A DNA stretch of 61,221 bases from Deltaproteobacteria bacterium (GTDB taxonomy: Bacteria; Campylobacterota_A; Desulfurellia; JAGGSF01). The notes under the pieces are model-generated. The model made no database searches. It was not told where the DNA came from and saw only the letters and a list, made by a program, of their open reading frames with translations. The translations under genes were made by a program, and so were the position numbers. The stretch is from NCBI GenBank assembly GCA_021159305.1, contig JAGGSB010000031.1, positions 1 through 61,221 on the forward strand, in the 5' to 3' direction. How positions within the stretch are numbered: the first letter of the stretch is position 1; every line of letters starts with the position of its first letter. Below are positions 57,297-61,221 of this stretch, in pieces.

Positions 57297-58746
57297 AAAT
57301 ATCATAAAGGGTGCAAAAACAATCGGCTTTTATACCATTCTAAGCAGAATAATGGGCTTTTTTAGAGACATTGTTATCGCCCATTTTTTTGGTGCCTCAC
57401 TTCTAACCGACATATTTTTTGTCTCCTTCCGCATACCCAATACCTTCCGTGCATTCTTAGGTGAGGGGGCAATGAATGCCGCGGTAGTGCCTGTTTTATC
57501 CAACTATAAAAAAGATGCAGAGGCAACAGGCAATCTTGTTGTAGTATTTTTCTTTATCTTCCTTGCTTTGACGGCAGTAGGTGTTCTCTTTCCTCAAATC
57601 TTTGCTTACATATTTGCCCCCGGTTTATTAAAACATCCTTTACTCATAAAACTTATCCGCATAAATTTCCCATACATTCTGCTTATCGGCTCAGCCATTC
57701 TCTTCTCCGGTATAATGAATACACACAAACACTTTGGCATCCCCGCTTTCTCTCCTGTCCTTTTAAATGTAAGTCTTATCGCCTGCACTTATATCTTCTA
57801 TAATTTCTTTCATGTTCACATCTACGCTTTATGCGTAGGCGTACTAATGGGTGGATTGCTTCAAATGCTGTTTTGCATGGGAGGTGTATTTTACCTGCAT
57901 ATCCCCATAAAATTATCCTTATCTTTTAAGCCTTCTACAAAAAAAATTTTTACATTATTATTACCTGCTTTAGGATCAATGGCTGCTATTCAACTCTATT
58001 CTGTATTCAGCACACTCATCGCCAGCTTACTTGAAAAAGGCAGCATTTCCTATATCTGGTATGCTGACCGTCTATTTCAACTACCATTTGCCGTCCTTTC
58101 TATAAGCCTTTCTCAAGCTGCATTACCCTATCTCGCCGATATAAAAAAAGAGGAGATAAACACTCATCTCTCTCACCTGTTCCGTCTTATCACATTCATT
58201 ATTCCCCCAATTAGTGTTTTTCTTATAATATGGGGAGAAGATGTGGTGAGAATTGTATTCGTAAGAGGGGCATTTACACTTTCCAACGCCCACAACACTT
58301 ACCTTGCCCTGGCTATGTTTATGATTGGTCTCCTGCCTTATTCCTATGTAAAACTCTTCTCGTCAATCTTTTATTCGCTTAAAGATACAAAAACACCGAT
58401 GAAAGTAGCCGTTAAAACAGCAATCTTTTCCATCGCTATGGCTTTCTTATTGGGTTTTACCTTAGGTTTTTGGGGATTGGCATTGGCTTTTTCCTTAGGT
58501 GGCATAACCAATGCCTTTTTATTATCGCATCAGTTAAAAAAGAAAATAGGAAAATTTGCGGGAAGGAAAGAATTGGGTCTTATCTGCGGTTCATTCGCCC
58601 TCTCTTTTCTCTGCGCCTCTTTTGTCAGTTTTTTTCTGTCATTTCTTAGTATTTCCTTCATTCTAAAAATAATCCTGGAATTCTTTTTATTCTTTTCTCT
58701 GGTCTTTATATTTATAGCAATCTTTAGGCAAAGAGTGCATCTGTAA
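57289..58746 (+). CDS. murJ: lipid II flippase MurJ
   Basis: 485-aa protein with about 14 TM segments and the MviN/MurJ N-terminus SRIMGFFRDIVIAHFFGAS. GTG start. Confidence 0.88.
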   Translation: MIKNIIKGAKTIGFYTILSRIMGFFRDIVIAHFFGASLLTDIFFVSFRIPNTFRAFLGEGAMNAAVVPVLSNYKKDAEATGNLVVVFFFIFLALTAVGVLFPQIFAYIFAPGLLKHPLLIKLIRINFPYILLIGSAILFSGIMNTHKHFGIPAFSPVLLNVSLIACTYIFYNFFHVHIYALCVGVLMGGLLQMLFCMGGVFYLHIPIKLSLSFKPSTKKIFTLLLPALGSMAAIQLYSVFSTLIASLLEKGSISYIWYADRLFQLPFAVLSISLSQAALPYLADIKKEEINTHLSHLFRLITFIIPPISVFLIIWGEDVVRIVFVRGAFTLSNAHNTYLALAMFMIGLLPYSYVKLFSSIFYSLKDTKTPMKVAVKTAIFSIAMAFLLGFTLGFWGLALAFSLGGITNAFLLSHQLKKKIGKFAGRKELGLICGSFALSFLCASFVSFFLSFLSISFILKIILEFFLFFSLVFIFIAIFRQRVHL

Positions 58747-59623
58747 ACTGACGGGCATCAAACCCTTTTATATCCTCTAATTCCTGACCGATACCGATAT
58801 ATTTTACGGGAATATGAAGCTGTGATGCTATCGCAACAATGATGCCTCCTTTCGATGTCCCGTCCATCTTAGTAAGAACAATGCCGGTGATCCCCAATGC
58901 ATTGTTGAATTCTCTTGCTTGTGAAATGGCATTCTGTCCAGTGGTTGCATCCAAAGTAAGTAAAATTTCCTGAGGAGCGGAGGGAATAACCTTCTTAACC
59001 ACTCTCTTCATCTTTTTCATCTCTTCCATAAGATTCTTTTTGGTATGCATTCTGCCTGCTGTATCCAATATAATTACATCAATATTCCTCGCATTAGCAG
59101 AACTCACCGCATCATAAGCTACGGCCGAAGGGTCACTGCCTTCTTTTTGTCTTATTACAGGAATATTTACCCTTTTTGCCCATTCTTCCAGCTGCCCTAT
59201 AGCTGCTGCCCGAAATGTATCGCATGCTCCCAAAAGCACGGTCTTGCCTCTTCCTGTAAACAAAGAAGACAATTTGGCAATAGTAGTGGTCTTCCCTCCG
59301 CCATTTGTTCCTACCATCATAATTACAAAGGGTTTTTCTCTCAACGCCAATGGTTTTTCTACCGTTTTTAAAATGCTGTATGTTTTTTCTCTTAAAAACA
59401 ACTCTGCATCTTTTGTTGTCTTTATATCTTTATTTTTGGATAATCCCTCCACCATCTTTTCTGTTACATTTATGCCAAAATCTGCTCCAATCATAAGTTC
59501 TTCTATTCTCTCTATATATTCTTCGTCTATTTTTTTCTCTTCTTCACCGAGCTTATGTACCTCTTCTGTAAACTGTTTTCTCGTCTTACTCAGGCTTTCT
59601 GTCAATTTTTTAAAAAATGTCAT
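58724..59623 (-). CDS. ftsY: signal recognition particle receptor FtsY (short form)
   Basis: NG domain: GTNGGGKTTT, DTAGR, TKMDGTSKGG. Confidence 0.92.
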   Translation of the reverse strand: MTFFKKLTESLSKTRKQFTEEVHKLGEEEKKIDEEYIERIEELMIGADFGINVTEKMVEGLSKNKDIKTTKDAELFLREKTYSILKTVEKPLALREKPFVIMMVGTNGGGKTTTIAKLSSLFTGRGKTVLLGACDTFRAAAIGQLEEWAKRVNIPVIRQKEGSDPSAVAYDAVSSANARNIDVIILDTAGRMHTKKNLMEEMKKMKRVVKKVIPSAPQEILLTLDATTGQNAISQAREFNNALGITGIVLTKMDGTSKGGIIVAIASQLHIPVKYIGIGQELEDIKGFDARQFTDALFA

Positions 59624-59644
59624 CTCACTCCTCTTTCAACATGT

Positions 59645-60829
59645 TTATTGGCTTTCACAAATATAATTCCTGTTGAGAGGAACAGTCTCTCTCAGACTGT
59701 TTGAGAAAACTATCTGATATACATTTAATTTTCCAACTTTAAAACTAACAGAAGCGGCATTTAAGTAAAGCCTCCACATGTTTATAAATCTTTCATTAAA
59801 CATAGTTTTAATCTTATCAATATTAGACTCAAAGCGTCTAATCCACTCATCTAATGTTTTTGCATAATTGGGGCGTAGATTTTCCACATCAATCGTATAA
59901 AATCCTACACTGGCCATATCCCTTAAAATATCGGATAAAACAGGTATATATCCACCGGGGAATATATATTTTCTGGTCCAGGGGTTTGTTGGTTCATACA
60001 CATTGCGCGCTATGGTATGTAAAACACCGATAGCCTTACCCTCTAAAACCTCCCTTATCTTTTTAAAGAACAGGCGGGAATACTTTTTCCCCACATGTTC
60101 AAACATTCCTATTGAAACAAACTTGTTAAACTTTCCCTTTACATTTCTATAATCTTCCAAAAGAACATCGGCCCTACCCTCAAGGCGCTGTTCCTTGATG
60201 CACTGTTTCGCATATTCATACTGATTTTCAGAAACATTAATTCCCGTAGCCTTTATATTAAATTTCTTTGCTGCATATATTATCATGCCTCCCCATCCGC
60301 AGCCTACATCAATGAGCCTATCGCCATCTTTCAAATCTAATTTTCTGCATATCAGCTCATATTTATTTTGTTGAGCTTCCTCCAGTGTATCTTTTTCATC
60401 CTTAAAATAAGCACAGGAATAACTCATACTTCTATCCAGCATAAGCTTGTAAAAATCATTGCTCAGATCATAATGATGAGATATATTCTTTTTCGCCCTT
60501 CTTACTGTATTCAAGGTTTTTATATAATTGAAAAATATTCTAATCTTTGTTTTGTTTGAAGTTTTAAATTTTCGTGCATTTTCTTCGTATTCAATGCCTA
60601 CAAGTTTTTGCAGATCACCTTCTATAACAATGTTGCCATCCATGTAATTCTCAGCAAAACCCAGTGAAAGATTACTCATAATATCCTTTATGACACTCGG
60701 CGATTTTATATGTATTCGGAATTGAGGTTTATCTTTGCCAACCCTTACCCGTTCACCATCCCAGTATATCACCTCGCACGGCATCCTATCGGAAACATTA
60801 TCTAACAATTCGTTCACTATGGTTTTCAT
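59645..60829 (-). CDS. cfa: cyclopropane-fatty-acyl-phospholipid synthase family methyltransferase
   Basis: 394 aa, SAM motif DVGCGWGG, Cfa-like N- and C-terminal regions. GAGGTGA SD. Confidence 0.85.
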   Translation of the reverse strand: MKTIVNELLDNVSDRMPCEVIYWDGERVRVGKDKPQFRIHIKSPSVIKDIMSNLSLGFAENYMDGNIVIEGDLQKLVGIEYEENARKFKTSNKTKIRIFFNYIKTLNTVRRAKKNISHHYDLSNDFYKLMLDRSMSYSCAYFKDEKDTLEEAQQNKYELICRKLDLKDGDRLIDVGCGWGGMIIYAAKKFNIKATGINVSENQYEYAKQCIKEQRLEGRADVLLEDYRNVKGKFNKFVSIGMFEHVGKKYSRLFFKKIREVLEGKAIGVLHTIARNVYEPTNPWTRKYIFPGGYIPVLSDILRDMASVGFYTIDVENLRPNYAKTLDEWIRRFESNIDKIKTMFNERFINMWRLYLNAASVSFKVGKLNVYQIVFSNSLRETVPLNRNYICESQ

Positions 60830-61063
60830 AGCTCACCTCTATTATATTATATAACTCTATTAACTCTAAAGTAACTCTTAAATAATAAAACTTCAACTAA
60901 AACTACTCTTTGTTATTTTCCTGATGCATTTTTACCTGCATTTCTTAACGCTTATTTTGCAATGCCATTTAGAAAAAAGGCATAGAGTTATAATCTGCCA
61001 TTTTCTTAACATAAATTTTCATAATGCGACAGAAAAAAAAGAGAGAAAATGTTGTATTCTCAT

Positions 61064-61221
61064 CTCCCTTGCCCCCTACTTTCCCCCCTGAGGGGGAATA
61101 CCTGTCTGCCGTGGCCTGCACAGGCAGGCAAAGGGGGGTCTATTCTCCGTCATTCCGCACCCTCCTGTCATTCCGTCCCCGTGTCAGGCACGGGGTGACA
61201 TTACTTTTCCCTGTCATTCCG
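61064..61221. repeat. GC-rich cluster of short hairpins and GTCATTCCG direct repeats (truncated by the window end)
   Basis: CCCCC-TGA-GGGGG (61084-61096), CCCCGTG-TCAGG-CACGGGG (61177-61195), and GTCATTCCG at 61149, 61167 and 61213. Sharp contrast with the AT-rich flank. Confidence 0.6.

Noticed and set aside
61149-61221. Possible CRISPR array, from the repeated GTCATTCCG
   Set aside because: The repeat unit is only 9 nt, the spacings are irregular (18 and 46 nt), and there are no cas genes. This does not fit CRISPR architecture.

Overview
AT-rich, almost fully coding bacterial window made up largely of core information-processing genes. I found no rRNA, CRISPR array, transposase or integrase, phage genes, or recognisable defence or secondary-metabolite genes, and no discrete novel multi-gene system. 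Minus strand, left to right: three tandem tRNA-Ser genes; a tightly packed co-directional string (polyferredoxin, CBS-DHH protein, purC-purS-purQ, hemL, atpZ-like, atpI, atpB, atpE); lspA; the full alpha/spc/S10 ribosomal-protein super-operon (rplQ back to rpsJ, including secY, adk, map, infA, rpmJ); the str operon (rpsL, rpsG, fusA, tuf); rpoC and rpoB; rplL, rplJ, rplA, rplK; nusG, secE, tRNA-Trp, rpmG; a second tuf; and the E. coli-like tRNA set Thr-Tyr-Gly-Thr. Plus strand: GH57 glucan enzyme, der, pyruvate carboxylase, rpsB-tsf-pyrH-frr-uppS-cdsA-dxr-rseP-ispG, a Kch-like K+ channel, then thyX, rsmI and murJ. These are followed by convergent ftsY and cfa on the minus strand. The proteins are K/E/I-rich and L36, L33, S14 and Adk are the zinc-binding forms. 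This is compatible with a thermophilic or anaerobic lineage, but that is a guess. The oddities are all small-scale. (1) A translation-start-like upstream ATG module sits about 50 nt upstream of rpsB, rpsJ and the second tuf, combined at rpsB and rpsJ with hairpins that bury the Shine-Dalgarno (SD) sequence. (2) tuf is present as a 1245-bp apparently perfect duplication with leader relics at its borders. (3) tRNA-Thr(GGU) has C33. (4) A CBS-DRTGG-DHH protein lacks the DHHA2 domain and is translationally coupled to a polyferredoxin. (5) The ATP synthase c subunit has a signal-like extension and a partial Na+-type motif. (6) A GC-rich hairpin and repeat cluster is cut off by the right edge of the window.
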